A stretch of 64,000 nucleotides of DNA from Cytophagales bacterium (GCA_038204185.1 JBBRDE010000001.1:7354-71353); one strand, 5' to 3'. Positions 20,801 to 29,997 are shown, counted from the first letter of the stretch. The notes: generated by a model from the sequence alone, not told the origin. Program-made: numbers and translations.

Positions 20801-21574
20801 TTACTCGAATAGCTTCACCGTAAAATCCAACAGCTCCGTACCCCCTACCCTCCCGTGTCCCGGAATGATGATTTTGGCCTGAGGGTACCTGTCCTTAACT
20901 TTTCGGACTGTTTCGGGCCAGGCTTTCACGTTGGCATCTTCCAGATTTCCTTTTCCGGCCCCCACCTCTTTGATCAGACAACCGCCAAACATCGCCTTGT
21001 CTTCGGGAAAATACCCAATGATGTTATCGCGGGTATGGCCCTCACCGAGGTAGGTAGCGTACACTTTTTGGGTACCTACCTTCAAATTCAGCGAGTTGGC
21101 AAATCCGTTTTGGGGTTGGGGCGATCCTTTGTCTTTCAGGAAAGCAATGGTTCGATTTTCGGCGTAAGAAGGTACCCCCTTTTGATGAAACGCCTCCAAA
21201 CCGCCCACGCAATCGGCGTGAAAATGGGTGGCTACTATCCCTTTGATTTTAGCATGAAGTTTCCCGGTGAGGTACTCAATCAATTCTTCGGCGGTTTCGT
21301 TGGTAGCAGGCGTATCAAAAACGACTGCTTCACCCCCATTGACCACGATCATCCCGTTACACGCCACCCGGCCAAAACTCTCGGTATTGAGGTAGGAAAT
21401 GTGCTGATAGACGTGGTCAGAAAGCTTATTGATAATCAGGTTTTCTGATTCGTATTCGGGAGTAGTGATTTGTTTTGTGGAGGTGAAGGTACCTGGTGAC
21501 TGGCTGGCGTTTGTTTGGTTAGGAAGCAGGCTTTGGCTGATAAAGACTGTTAATAGTAGGGAATATTTTATCAT
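20801..21574 (-). CDS. subclass B1 metallo-beta-lactamase
   Basis: 257 aa with a signal peptide. All B1 zinc ligands are in order: THFHADCVGG (H116/H118/D120), GEGHTRDN (H196), FGGCLIK (C221), PGHG (H263). Confidence 0.85.
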   Translation of the reverse strand: MIKYSLLLTVFISQSLLPNQTNASQSPGTFTSTKQITTPEYESENLIINKLSDHVYQHISYLNTESFGRVACNGMIVVNGGEAVVFDTPATNETAEELIEYLTGKLHAKIKGIVATHFHADCVGGLEAFHQKGVPSYAENRTIAFLKDKGSPQPQNGFANSLNLKVGTQKVYATYLGEGHTRDNIIGYFPEDKAMFGGCLIKEVGAGKGNLEDANVKAWPETVRKVKDRYPQAKIIIPGHGRVGGTELLDFTVKLFE

Positions 21575-21690
21575 GGCGATGATTAGAAATTGAGGTACGC
21601 GATGGCTGTTTTCTTTAAAGGGTACCCTTATTATTCCAAAATTAATGAATTAGTATCAATTGGAATATACGATCCCATTTTGGTAGATGA

Positions 21691-22050
21691 TTATCTCGAT
21701 CCCCCGTACAATAAGAAACTATTTTCACTTGAATTCCCACACAATTGATTCCAGTAAGCAAGCTGGTCGCAATAATCGGGACGCTTGGTCTGCCCGGCCT
21801 TGATCTCGATCGGGATTAGTTTTTCGTTGGTTTCCACCAGCAAATCTACTTCGCGCCCCGTTTTGTCCTGCCAAAAACAGATGGGTGGCTTTTGTCCCTG
21901 GTTCGTGAAATGTTGAGCCACCTCGCTCAGCACCCAATTCTCGAACAACGCTCCCCGCATGTAGTACGTTTCGACCAGATCAGCCCGGCGCAGACCCAGC
22001 AACGAGCACATTAACCCGGTGTCGTAAAAGAATAGCTTGGGGCTTTTCAT
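21691..22050 (-). pseudogene. 3' remnant of an AAA-ATPase with DUF4143 domain
   Basis: Only the C-terminal ~120 codons remain (…KSPKLFFYDTGLMCSLLG…). In-frame homology (YHQSFNKRI) continues a few codons upstream to a stop. The ~250-aa ATPase part is absent. Confidence 0.7.
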
Positions 22051-22142
22051 AATGCGTTTGTTAAAACTCTGGTGGTAAGATTCGCATTGCCAACGCCAGG
22101 GGATTCAGCCTTGATTACAAATAAGAGTTAGCGGGGGAAGTT

Positions 22143-22427
22143 TTGAATTGGTTTATTGATGCAATAATCGAGCGCTGGATTCTCTACCAGCAAAAACCCC
22201 TCACCAACGCAATGGTACGCTGCTGGCGACGCGTCGATGGCCAAACGGAAGTAGAGTTCCGGCAAACCAACGCGCAGGGCGAAGCTACGTTTAAACCCAT
22301 CAAAAAAGGCAAAGCTGCCTACATGCTCAGCAGCGCCCACATGATGCGGTTGACGGGGAATGAAAAAGCGGATTGACAGAGTTTGTGGGGAAGTGTGACG
22401 TTTGGGATGCGGCGAGGTGGTTTGTAG
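22143..22427 (+). pseudogene. C-terminal remnant of a DUF4198-like periplasmic protein with in-frame stop
   Basis: The translation resembles the C-terminal beta-sandwich of DUF4198 proteins. The reading frame is interrupted by TGA at 22374-22376, where a Trp is expected (AD*QSLWGSVTF). The N-terminal two thirds are missing. Confidence 0.4.
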
Positions 22428-22465
22428 GATAAGGAGCTAAGCAATGAATAAATTTCAAAATACCA

Positions 22466-22649
22466 ATGCAAATCAGGGTATGATAAAGAAATCGGTATCC
22501 TCTACATCAAGCTGAGAGACGTGGCTATCGATGAATCGGAAGAAAATAAAAAGGTCGTAATTCTGGATTATTCCGCAGATGGGCAACTCGTTGGTATTGA
22601 AGTACTGAATGCTTCACACTCGATGCATCAGCCGTCGAAGGTTATGTAG
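22466..22649 (+). pseudogene. frameshifted DUF2283-family small protein
   Basis: Frame 2 encodes YDKEIGILYIKLRDVAIDESEE…VILDYSADGQLVGIEVLNAS, a typical DUF2283 sequence. The ATG (22466, MQIR) is one nucleotide out of frame because of an extra G in the GGG run at 22476-22478. Confidence 0.65.
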
Positions 22650-22712
22650 GAGATGGCGTAAACCAGCAGTAAGAGGAGTATCTGATAATTATCAAGAAAG
22701 ATTCGGAGATAC

Positions 22713-23378
22713 CTACCGCAACACACCCGCCGCCCGTAGTTTGAATATTAGATTTAACCCCACAATCTCGGATTGTACTTCGTGACATTGACCGTCGGCG
22801 TAGGTGTAGCGCGTCTTTTTCCCGTCGGGCATCACAATGTCGTAGGCTCCAGTGGCTACTTTCTGCACCGGGCACATTTTCCCAAAACGATCGGAATAAA
22901 TCTGCTTCAAATTTACGGGCTCGCGGTAGTAGAGACTGGTGATGGTGTGGTTGATCGGATGGGGTACCTTGACCGTTTCCTTCGAACTGGATTTCGCATC
23001 GGCAAATGTGACGTGATAACTATCCGAAGTATGCACTGTGTTGGTTTTTTCTTTGAGCTTTCCATTCACTTGCTGACTGGACAGGGCGGTTTTGAGCACC
23101 CCTTTTTCAAACCGATTTTCCCCCACATACACTACATCGTAGAGAAAGGTATCGATGGCCCCACGCACCCGCAAATTTTCGCTGCCATCGTTTGCCTTAG
23201 CGGGTGTGATCGTTAACTCGCCTACGGAGCGACCAGCCAGTAAAATATCGTATATAATGGCCTGACCCTTGACAGGTACTTGCAGAAGTCCCAGTGCGAG
23301 GATCAGAAAGCCGATTTGTTTTCTCACGTGTTCAGGATAGGCTGGTGGTTTTCGGGGCTTCGGGCATAGACGTTTCAA
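22713..23378 (-). CDS. hypothetical exported protein
   Basis: 221-aa ORF with an internal signal-like segment (IGFLILALGLLQVPVKGQA), so the true start is probably downstream of 23378. I cannot assign a family securely. Confidence 0.5.
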   Translation of the reverse strand: MKRLCPKPRKPPAYPEHVRKQIGFLILALGLLQVPVKGQAIIYDILLAGRSVGELTITPAKANDGSENLRVRGAIDTFLYDVVYVGENRFEKGVLKTALSSQQVNGKLKEKTNTVHTSDSYHVTFADAKSSSKETVKVPHPINHTITSLYYREPVNLKQIYSDRFGKMCPVQKVATGAYDIVMPDGKKTRYTYADGQCHEVQSEIVGLNLIFKLRAAGVLR

Positions 23379-23431
23379 ACGTTGTAAGGCTAAACCTAGT
23401 ATAAACTACCTCATTTGGTTACTTCTCTCCA

Positions 23432-23471
23432 CCAAAAAACCACCCAACCGGAATTATCCAGGCAGGTGGTT
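23432..23471 (-). terminator. possible terminator downstream of hpf
   Basis: On the minus strand aaccacc…ggtggtt is followed by TTTTTT. The stem is short (7 bp) and the loop long, so this call is weak. Confidence 0.4.
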
Positions 23472-23480
23472 CGCTACTAT

Positions 23481-23520
23481 TGAGTACTTAGGGCATCAAT
23501 TGAGTACTTAGGGCATCAAT
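23481..23520. repeat. perfect 2 x 20-bp tandem duplication spanning the hpf stop codon
   Basis: tgagtacttagggcatcaat occurs at 23481-23500 and again at 23501-23520. Confidence 0.95.
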
Positions 23521-23830
23521 GATTTCTGACTTTGCCAACAGCCGTGTCCAGGGCTGCTTTCATTTTGATGATCGCCCCGTTGACCGCCTGTATGAGCGTG
23601 TCGTGCATTTCAGTCACGACGATGGGTTGCATGCCTTCCATGCGGGCTTCCATCAGGCATCGTTTGTCTTTTTGTCCTTCTTTGCTGCCATTTTCGTCTG
23701 AGAAATGTACTTCTACGCGAGTAAGTTGACCAGCGAACCGGTGCAATTTTTCTGTGATCTTATCATTCAACTCCGTTTGGAATGCTTCATGGACCGTAAT
23801 GTTGTTATCAGTATTGATCTGTATAATCAT
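23516..23830 (-). CDS. hpf: HPF/RaiA-family ribosome hibernation factor (short form)
   Basis: 104 aa. The pattern MIIQINTDNNITVHEAF…LTRVEVHFSDENG…CLMEARMEG matches short ribosome-associated inhibitor proteins. Confidence 0.75.
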   Translation of the reverse strand: MIIQINTDNNITVHEAFQTELNDKITEKLHRFAGQLTRVEVHFSDENGSKEGQKDKRCLMEARMEGMQPIVVTEMHDTLIQAVNGAIIKMKAALDTAVGKVRNH

Positions 23831-23970
23831 GGTATTTGAATAAGTATTTAAATTATTTGTAAAAAATCATGAAATGCTACGCTATACCCGGAGAACCTGA
23901 TGACGCTGACAGTAGGCGGAAGTAGTAAAAGAACAATGCCCGGGCTTTTTAGATTAGTTCCGAAGATGCC

Positions 23971-24696
23971 TCAATTCACCAGTGGTGCGGTCTGCTCGGC
24001 TGAGGTAATGCCCGACGGAAGTTCGAGAATGCGAATGTTGCGAAAATGAATTTCGGCGCCTTCGGCTTCGAGGCAGATGTACCCCTTCTTGCGCTCCGAA
24101 CCCCGCAATCCGTTGACAAACTTGCCGTTGACCGACAGCTTCACTACGCCATCCACGCACACTACCACGTACTTATTCCATTCGCCTTTTCCCCGGCAGC
24201 GCTTTTCAAGCGATTTGCTACGAGTACCCCTTGGGTTGTCGGGTATAGCCGTCATACCCATCGTAGGAAATAGTTCGCCGTGAACGTAAGCATCGGTTTC
24301 GTTGTGCTGGATAGCCCATTCCAATTCCAGCATTTGCACCTCAATGGCTTTGGTGAGCGGGTTGTCGCCAAACTGGGTACCTTCGCTCCACACGAACACA
24401 CCGGAGTTCCCCCCGGCTTCCATGTGTTTCCACTCGATTTCCAGAATGAAGTTTTCGTACTGACGGTCGGTGCGCATGACGCCGATGGGTTTTCCGGTAC
24501 TCACCAGAATACCCTTTTTCACCTTCCAGGTATCCTCGGCGGTGTTGACGTTCACCCACCCTTTGAGGTCTTTCCCGTTGAACAGGTTTTTGAACATTAA
24601 CGGATCAAACTCGGACTGAGCCTGGCCGGAGTGCACCAATAAGAGAAAGAAAGCCAGTTGGAAGGTACCTTTTAGCAAAAGTCGTACAGGAATCAT
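23971..24696 (-). CDS. DUF1080 (3-keto-disaccharide hydrolase family) exported protein
   Basis: It has the [10 protein letters not shown] motif, a lectin/glucanase-fold pattern and a C-terminal [17 protein letters not shown]. The start is placed at Met 24696, before the signal peptide. Confidence 0.8.
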   Translation of the reverse strand: MIPVRLLLKGTFQLAFFLLLVHSGQAQSEFDPLMFKNLFNGKDLKGWVNVNTAEDTWKVKKGILVSTGKPIGVMRTDRQYENFILEIEWKHMEAGGNSGVFVWSEGTQFGDNPLTKAIEVQMLELEWAIQHNETDAYVHGELFPTMGMTAIPDNPRGTRSKSLEKRCRGKGEWNKYVVVCVDGVVKLSVNGKFVNGLRGSERKKGYICLEAEGAEIHFRNIRILELPSGITSAEQTAPLVN

Positions 24697-24787
24697 AGGT
24701 AGCGCGTCGGTTATTACCAAAAGCAAATTCAGGCCGGAAATACTCACCCGGCAGGATTCCAACAGGAGTACGATTTAAAAAAAACAC

Positions 24788-25516
24788 CTACCTACCCAGA
24801 AAATGCCGGAGGGTAAAGGCATTGCGGACGGCGTTTCCCCCGCCGTCGTTATTAAAATACACATACACCTCTTTCCCCGCGTACTCCCACTCGCGAATCC
24901 GGGCAGCCCACCAGCGCAGGTCGTCGTCGGAGTAGGAACCGCCGTAGAGCCAGCCCGCATCGGGTCCATGCAGCCGCACGTACACGTGAGGAGCGGTGGC
25001 ACGTAGAATGCAGGGAAGACCCGCCCCGCTCATAATACAGTAGGCAGCCTGATGGCGTTCCAGGAGCTGGAAGATGGATTCCTGGTGCCAGCTGGGGTGC
25101 CGGAATTCCACCGCGACCCGAATCCAGGGGGGTACCTGGCTCAGGAAATAGTCTAGCCGGGCATAATCATACGCGAAATTGGGCGAGAGTTGCACCAACA
25201 GAACTGCTCGCTTGTCGCCCAGAATGTGCCAGCATTTGCTAATCCGCTCCACCCACACTTCGGGAGCGTAGAGGTGTTTGGCGTGAGTAAGGCCGCGGGG
25301 AGCCTTTACCGTAAACTGAAAACCTTCCGGCAACCGCCGTCGCCAACTGGCGAAAGTACGTTCGTGGGGCCATCGGTAGAAACTACTGTTGAGTTCTACG
25401 GTCTGGAATTGATCCACATAATAGTAAAACCTTTCGTGTACTGGGGTGATGTCGGGATAAAGTACCCCCTGCCAGTGGTCGTAGCTCCAGCCCGAAGTAC
25501 CGATGTGTGCTGCTAT
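24788..25516 (-). CDS. DUF72-family protein (start codon uncertain)
   Basis: DUF72 pattern is present (ELNSSFYRWP…). The conserved N-terminal HIGTSGWSYDHWQGVLYP is encoded in frame upstream of the first canonical start (GTG 25417). I extended to the ATA codon at 25516-25514; see findings. Confidence 0.7.
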   Translation of the reverse strand: MAAHIGTSGWSYDHWQGVLYPDITPVHERFYYYVDQFQTVELNSSFYRWPHERTFASWRRRLPEGFQFTVKAPRGLTHAKHLYAPEVWVERISKCWHILGDKRAVLLVQLSPNFAYDYARLDYFLSQVPPWIRVAVEFRHPSWHQESIFQLLERHQAAYCIMSGAGLPCILRATAPHVYVRLHGPDAGWLYGGSYSDDDLRWWAARIREWEYAGKEVYVYFNNDGGGNAVRNAFTLRHFLGR

Positions 25517-25758
25517 GTTAAATCGATTCTTTTTTACTTTTTGCCTCAGTGTTAACTCATATTCCTACACAAAAATATGTACCCATACCATTAAAGGTAA
25601 TCTTGGGCAGGAGGATTCATTGCCCTTTTGGGTAGATGTAATTTTAGTTTGTGACACGATGCTTCACTACTTTTAATCCAATAAAACGTACATTGGTCGC
25701 GCAAGTAGCAGGGTACCTTGTCCGATTTTTTACTTTTCAAACCATGATGCATAGTCCA

Positions 25759-27006
25759 ATGAAACGAGTTGTCATTACCGGCTTGGGTGCCATTACTCCG
25801 CTGGGGAATTCGGTCAATGACCTGTGGGAAAACATTAAGGCTGGCCATAGCGGTGCCGGACCCATCACGAAGTTTGACGCCGGTCTATTCAAAACCCGCT
25901 TTGCCTGCGAGGTGAAAGGCTTTGATCCGGAGACCTACATTGATAAAAAGGAACTGAAAAAATATGATCTTTTTACCCAATACGCCCTGGCGGCCAGCGC
26001 GCAGGCCATTCAGGATGCCGGGCTTGATTTTGCCACAATGGACGAAAGCGAACGGTACGACATCGGCGTGATCTGGGGAACGGGCAACGGCGGGATCAGT
26101 ACTTTTGAGCAGCAGTTGAAGGAGTTTGACACGGGGGATGGTACACCTCGGTTTAACCCCTATTTTATTCCAAAAATGATCGTGGACATTGCCGCCGGGG
26201 TGATTTCCATGCGCTACCAGTTGCACGGGCCCAATTACTGCACGGTGTCGGCTTGCGCGTCGTCCAATACAGCCATCATCAGTGCCTTCGATACCATCCG
26301 CATGGGCAAGGCCACGATGATGATTGCCGGTGGCTCCGAAGCGGCCATAAGCCCGGCTTCGGTGGGGGGATTCAACGCCGCTCAGGCATTATCCAAACAG
26401 AACGATAGCCCGCAAACTGCCTCCAAACCCTTCGATCGCGACCGCGACGGTTTTGTGATGGGTGAAGGGGCGGGAGCCCTGGTGCTGGAAGAACTGGAAC
26501 ACGCCCTGGCCCGGGGGGCCACCATCCACGCCGAGCTGGCGGGCGGCGGCATGGCAGGCGATGCCTACCACCTCACCGGAACCCACCCTGAGGGCCTTGG
26601 GGCGGTTTTGGGCATACAGCGCGCCCTGCGCGATGCGGGAATCACGGCGGAGGCTATCGACTACGTCAATGCGCACGCCACATCTACGGGTATTGGCGAT
26701 TTGAGCGAACTGATAGGAATCAAAAGGGTATTCGGCGACAGACCCGTCCCGATCAGCGCCACCAAATCCATGACGGGTCACTTGTTAGGGGCGGCTGGGG
26801 CGGTGGAAAGCATCATCAGTGTGCTGTCGGTCAATCACGACTTCATTCCAGCTACCATCAACGTCAACCACCTGGACGAACGCATTCCCGAGGGCATGAA
26901 TCTGATTATCGGAAAAGCCCTATCCCAAACCGTAAACTATGTACTGAACAATACTTTTGGGTTTGGGGGGCATACGGCGAGCTCCATTTTTAAAAAGTAT
27001 TCGTAG
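25759..27006 (+). CDS. fabF: beta-ketoacyl-ACP synthase II
   Basis: It starts MKRVVITGLGAITPLG at ATG 25759 (the ORF track begins at GTG 25651). It has the active-site ACASS Cys, the two His motifs (HATST, GHLLGAAG) and an NTFGFGGHN-like C-terminus. Confidence 0.9.
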   Translation: MKRVVITGLGAITPLGNSVNDLWENIKAGHSGAGPITKFDAGLFKTRFACEVKGFDPETYIDKKELKKYDLFTQYALAASAQAIQDAGLDFATMDESERYDIGVIWGTGNGGISTFEQQLKEFDTGDGTPRFNPYFIPKMIVDIAAGVISMRYQLHGPNYCTVSACASSNTAIISAFDTIRMGKATMMIAGGSEAAISPASVGGFNAAQALSKQNDSPQTASKPFDRDRDGFVMGEGAGALVLEELEHALARGATIHAELAGGGMAGDAYHLTGTHPEGLGAVLGIQRALRDAGITAEAIDYVNAHATSTGIGDLSELIGIKRVFGDRPVPISATKSMTGHLLGAAGAVESIISVLSVNHDFIPATINVNHLDERIPEGMNLIIGKALSQTVNYVLNNTFGFGGHTASSIFKKYS

Positions 27007-27121
27007 TGTATAGGTCGGTGGCTATCGTTACGAATGAGGTTATTATTCATACCCCTTAGGGCTTACCGTCCAGAATAATACATCCGAGTCGGCTTCAGAG
27101 TCCAGCCGGGTAGGATATTCG

Positions 27122-27964
27122 CTATTCCAGTAGTCCGGCCGGCATTTTTTCAATCGGGCGCACCTGAATATTTCGATAGTAGACTTCGGCCCCCTCCGAC
27201 TGAATCTGGATTTTACCTTTGGTGAGTGGCTGCATTGTACCATTCACGAGATGTCGGGTATTGAGTAGTACCATATTGACGGTACCATTGGTCACGTGGA
27301 CACAGGTGCCGCCTACGCAGTACAGGTCTACCACATTCCATTGGCCCGAGGGCTTCTCGGCGTCGGGGTATTTGAGGCATGAACGTCCGTTAGCGGTTTT
27401 ATCCTGAAAGAGAACAGGGGAATTGCCCGGCGCATACACATACTTCCCCTTCTCATTTTTGCGGGCAGAGATGTCTGTGGCCACATTCATCACGCCCCAA
27501 TAGTCGCCGGTATCGCCCTCCTGAATCTGTAACTCAAACGATTCCATCCACAGCATGGGGGTACCATGCGCACCCACACTATGGTATAGCAGACCACTGT
27601 CGCGGGGTTGGCCCAGTTTGGGTGGCCATTGTAACTCGCCCCATTTGAATTCCAGCTGCAAATGGTAATTTTCAAAATCGGCCAGAGTGTTGATACCGCC
27701 AAAGGTTTCTCCAGAGACGCGCAGGGCCGGTTTGCCATCCACCTTCACCACCGAAAATACCTGGTTAGGATCTTTATTCAGTCCAATGGGACCAGTTTTG
27801 GCCGATTTATCTTTGGTATAAGGCGCATCCAGGTAGGTTTCCCAGCCTTTCAGATTTTTTCCGTTGAAAAGAGATGTCCACTCATTACGTTTTTTCGAAG
27901 ATTGAGCCGAAAGAGTAGAACCTGAAAGTAGGATAATACTAAACCAAAAAAGTAGCGATTTCAT
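27122..27964 (-). CDS. DUF1080 (3-keto-disaccharide hydrolase family) exported protein, paralog 2
   Basis: It has the LFNGKNLKGW motif and a C-terminal IQIQSEGAEVYYRNIQV. A signal peptide follows Met 27964. Confidence 0.8.
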   Translation of the reverse strand: MKSLLFWFSIILLSGSTLSAQSSKKRNEWTSLFNGKNLKGWETYLDAPYTKDKSAKTGPIGLNKDPNQVFSVVKVDGKPALRVSGETFGGINTLADFENYHLQLEFKWGELQWPPKLGQPRDSGLLYHSVGAHGTPMLWMESFELQIQEGDTGDYWGVMNVATDISARKNEKGKYVYAPGNSPVLFQDKTANGRSCLKYPDAEKPSGQWNVVDLYCVGGTCVHVTNGTVNMVLLNTRHLVNGTMQPLTKGKIQIQSEGAEVYYRNIQVRPIEKMPAGLLE

Positions 27965-28245
27965 AAATACAAGTAAAGGATAAATCCCGTAAGGCCGGGA
28001 TAAGCGGAAGACTTTCACGGAAAAGGGTTTTTGAATCCCAAAAATACTCACCGGAACCAAAGTCTTATGCTTTTCCTGCCTGGTTCCCCTCCTTTTATAA
28101 ACCTAATAGACTCTTATTCAATCCATTAAAATAAACTAAAAGCCCACCTTATCCCCAGTTGCATTAGCCCAATCCCACCCAAATTGATACGCTGCGGCGT
28201 GAATTTTAAATTTGAAAATCCCCCCCTCAGCCGTAACTTGCGGGC

Positions 28246-29997
28246 ATGGATCATTTCGTTGTATCAGCCCGCAAGTACCGGCCCGTCACCTTCGATTCGG
28301 TGGTGGGGCAGTCGCACATTACCACCACGCTCAAGAACGCCATCCGCACCAACCACCTGGCGCAGGCGTTCCTGTTTTGTGGACCACGTGGTGTGGGCAA
28401 AACGACCTGCGCACGTATCCTGGCCAAGACCATCAACTGCCAGAATCTTAGCGACTACATCGAGCCCTGTGGCGAATGCGAATCCTGCGTCAGCTTTCAG
28501 AACAATGCTTCGTTCAACATTCACGAACTTGATGCGGCCTCCAACAACTCGGTGGACGATATTCGGAATCTGATCGATCAGGTAAGGTACCCCCCACAGA
28601 CGGGTAAGTACAAAATTTATATCATCGACGAGGTACACATGCTGTCTCCGGCGGCATTCAACGCGTTTCTGAAAACGCTGGAAGAACCGCCGAGCTACGC
28701 GATTTTCATCCTGGCAACAACGGAAAAACATAAGATTTTACCGACAATTCTATCACGGTGTCAGATTTTTGATTTTAATCGGATTCGCACCAACGACATT
28801 GCGGATCACCTGGCCCACATTGCCGGGAAAGAAGGTATCATAGCCGATCGCGAGGCGCTGGAACTAATCGGTCAAAAGGCCGACGGCGGCCTGCGTGATG
28901 CCCTTTCCATGTTCGACCTGAACGTGACTTTCTCGCCTACTAATGAACTGACATACGCCGATGTGCTGGAAAACCTGCATATTCTGGATTATGATTATTA
29001 CTTCAAAATCACCGATGCGCTGCTGAAAGGCAGCATCGCGGAGTCGTTGCTACTATTTGACGAAATCGTCCGCAAGGGCTTCGATGGGCATTTGTTCGTA
29101 GTAGGTTTGCTGGAACACTTCCGGAATTTGATGGTGTGTAAGGACCCCATCACCATATCGCTGCTGGAAGTGACGGAAGCCGCCCGCGCCAAGTACCTCG
29201 ACCAATCCCGCCGGGCCAACCTGAGTTTCCTCCTCTCGGCGATGAGCGTGGGTAGCCAATGCGATATTCATTACAAAACCTCCAAAAACCAGCGTTTGCA
29301 CGTGGAGCTATGTCTGATGAAAATGGCTAAGCTTCCCGACTTGCTGGCATTAGAAGCTATTCCACCCAATAACGGACAGGCGCCCGAGGCCGAAAAAAAA
29401 AAAGCTGAGCTACCCGTTGCCCTGACGACGGAATCGGAACCACCTGCGTACGGAGTTAAAATTGCTGCTCCGGCGGCACCCGAAGTTTCTCCCCCTCCCG
29501 CCGCGCCCAGCCGCCTGCGCAGCACGTCACATATTACTTCTACAGTGGCAACGGCTGTCCCTACACAGGCTACACATGACGTAAGCCCGTCCAAATCCTC
29601 AATGGCCGAGCCGACCATTGTACTGGACAAGCTACCCCTGACGCTGGACAATGCTGTGCATTTCTGGCAAGAGTTTGCGAAAAAACGACGTATAGAGCGC
29701 AATTCTGCCACGGAGGAAGTTACCCTCAACCGGGATTTTTTACTGGAAAATCAGACGATTAAGATTGCGCTTGACAATGACTTACAGAAAGAAACATTAA
29801 CTGCCCTACGCAGTGAATTGATCTGGTATTTGCGAGAAAGGATCGACGCCCCTACCCTGTCGCTGGATTTTCGGGTGGCCCCCCAGGAAGTGAAGCGGAG
29901 ACCTTATACTGCGCAGGAAAAATTCGCATTTCTGGCCGAACGGAACCCCCATTTACAGGAACTCAAAGAGGCTCTGGGGCTGGATACGGAATTTTAA
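28246..29997 (+). CDS. dnaX: DNA polymerase III subunit gamma/tau
   Basis: 583 aa. It has Walker A GPRGVGKTT, a zinc module CGECESC, DEVHML and an SRC motif. Confidence 0.95.
   Translation: MDHFVVSARKYRPVTFDSVVGQSHITTTLKNAIRTNHLAQAFLFCGPRGVGKTTCARILAKTINCQNLSDYIEPCGECESCVSFQNNASFNIHELDAASNNSVDDIRNLIDQVRYPPQTGKYKIYIIDEVHMLSPAAFNAFLKTLEEPPSYAIFILATTEKHKILPTILSRCQIFDFNRIRTNDIADHLAHIAGKEGIIADREALELIGQKADGGLRDALSMFDLNVTFSPTNELTYADVLENLHILDYDYYFKITDALLKGSIAESLLLFDEIVRKGFDGHLFVVGLLEHFRNLMVCKDPITISLLEVTEAARAKYLDQSRRANLSFLLSAMSVGSQCDIHYKTSKNQRLHVELCLMKMAKLPDLLALEAIPPNNGQAPEAEKKKAELPVALTTESEPPAYGVKIAAPAAPEVSPPPAAPSRLRSTSHITSTVATAVPTQATHDVSPSKSSMAEPTIVLDKLPLTLDNAVHFWQEFAKKRRIERNSATEEVTLNRDFLLENQTIKIALDNDLQKETLTALRSELIWYLRERIDAPTLSLDFRVAPQEVKRRPYTAQEKFAFLAERNPHLQELKEALGLDTEF
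29392..29425 (+). promoter_or_regulatory. candidate recoding/slippage site in dnaX (A11 tract)
   Basis: The sequence is GAA AAA AAA AAA GCT with 11 consecutive A (29393-29403). The -1 frame reads AGC TGA (stop at 29406-29408). The +1 frame stops at 29423-29425. Confidence 0.45.

Noticed and set aside
28061-28245. Possible SRP RNA (ffs) upstream of dnaX, as seen in some bacteria.
   Set aside because: I could not find the conserved domain IV motifs or a plausible long helix in this spacer.
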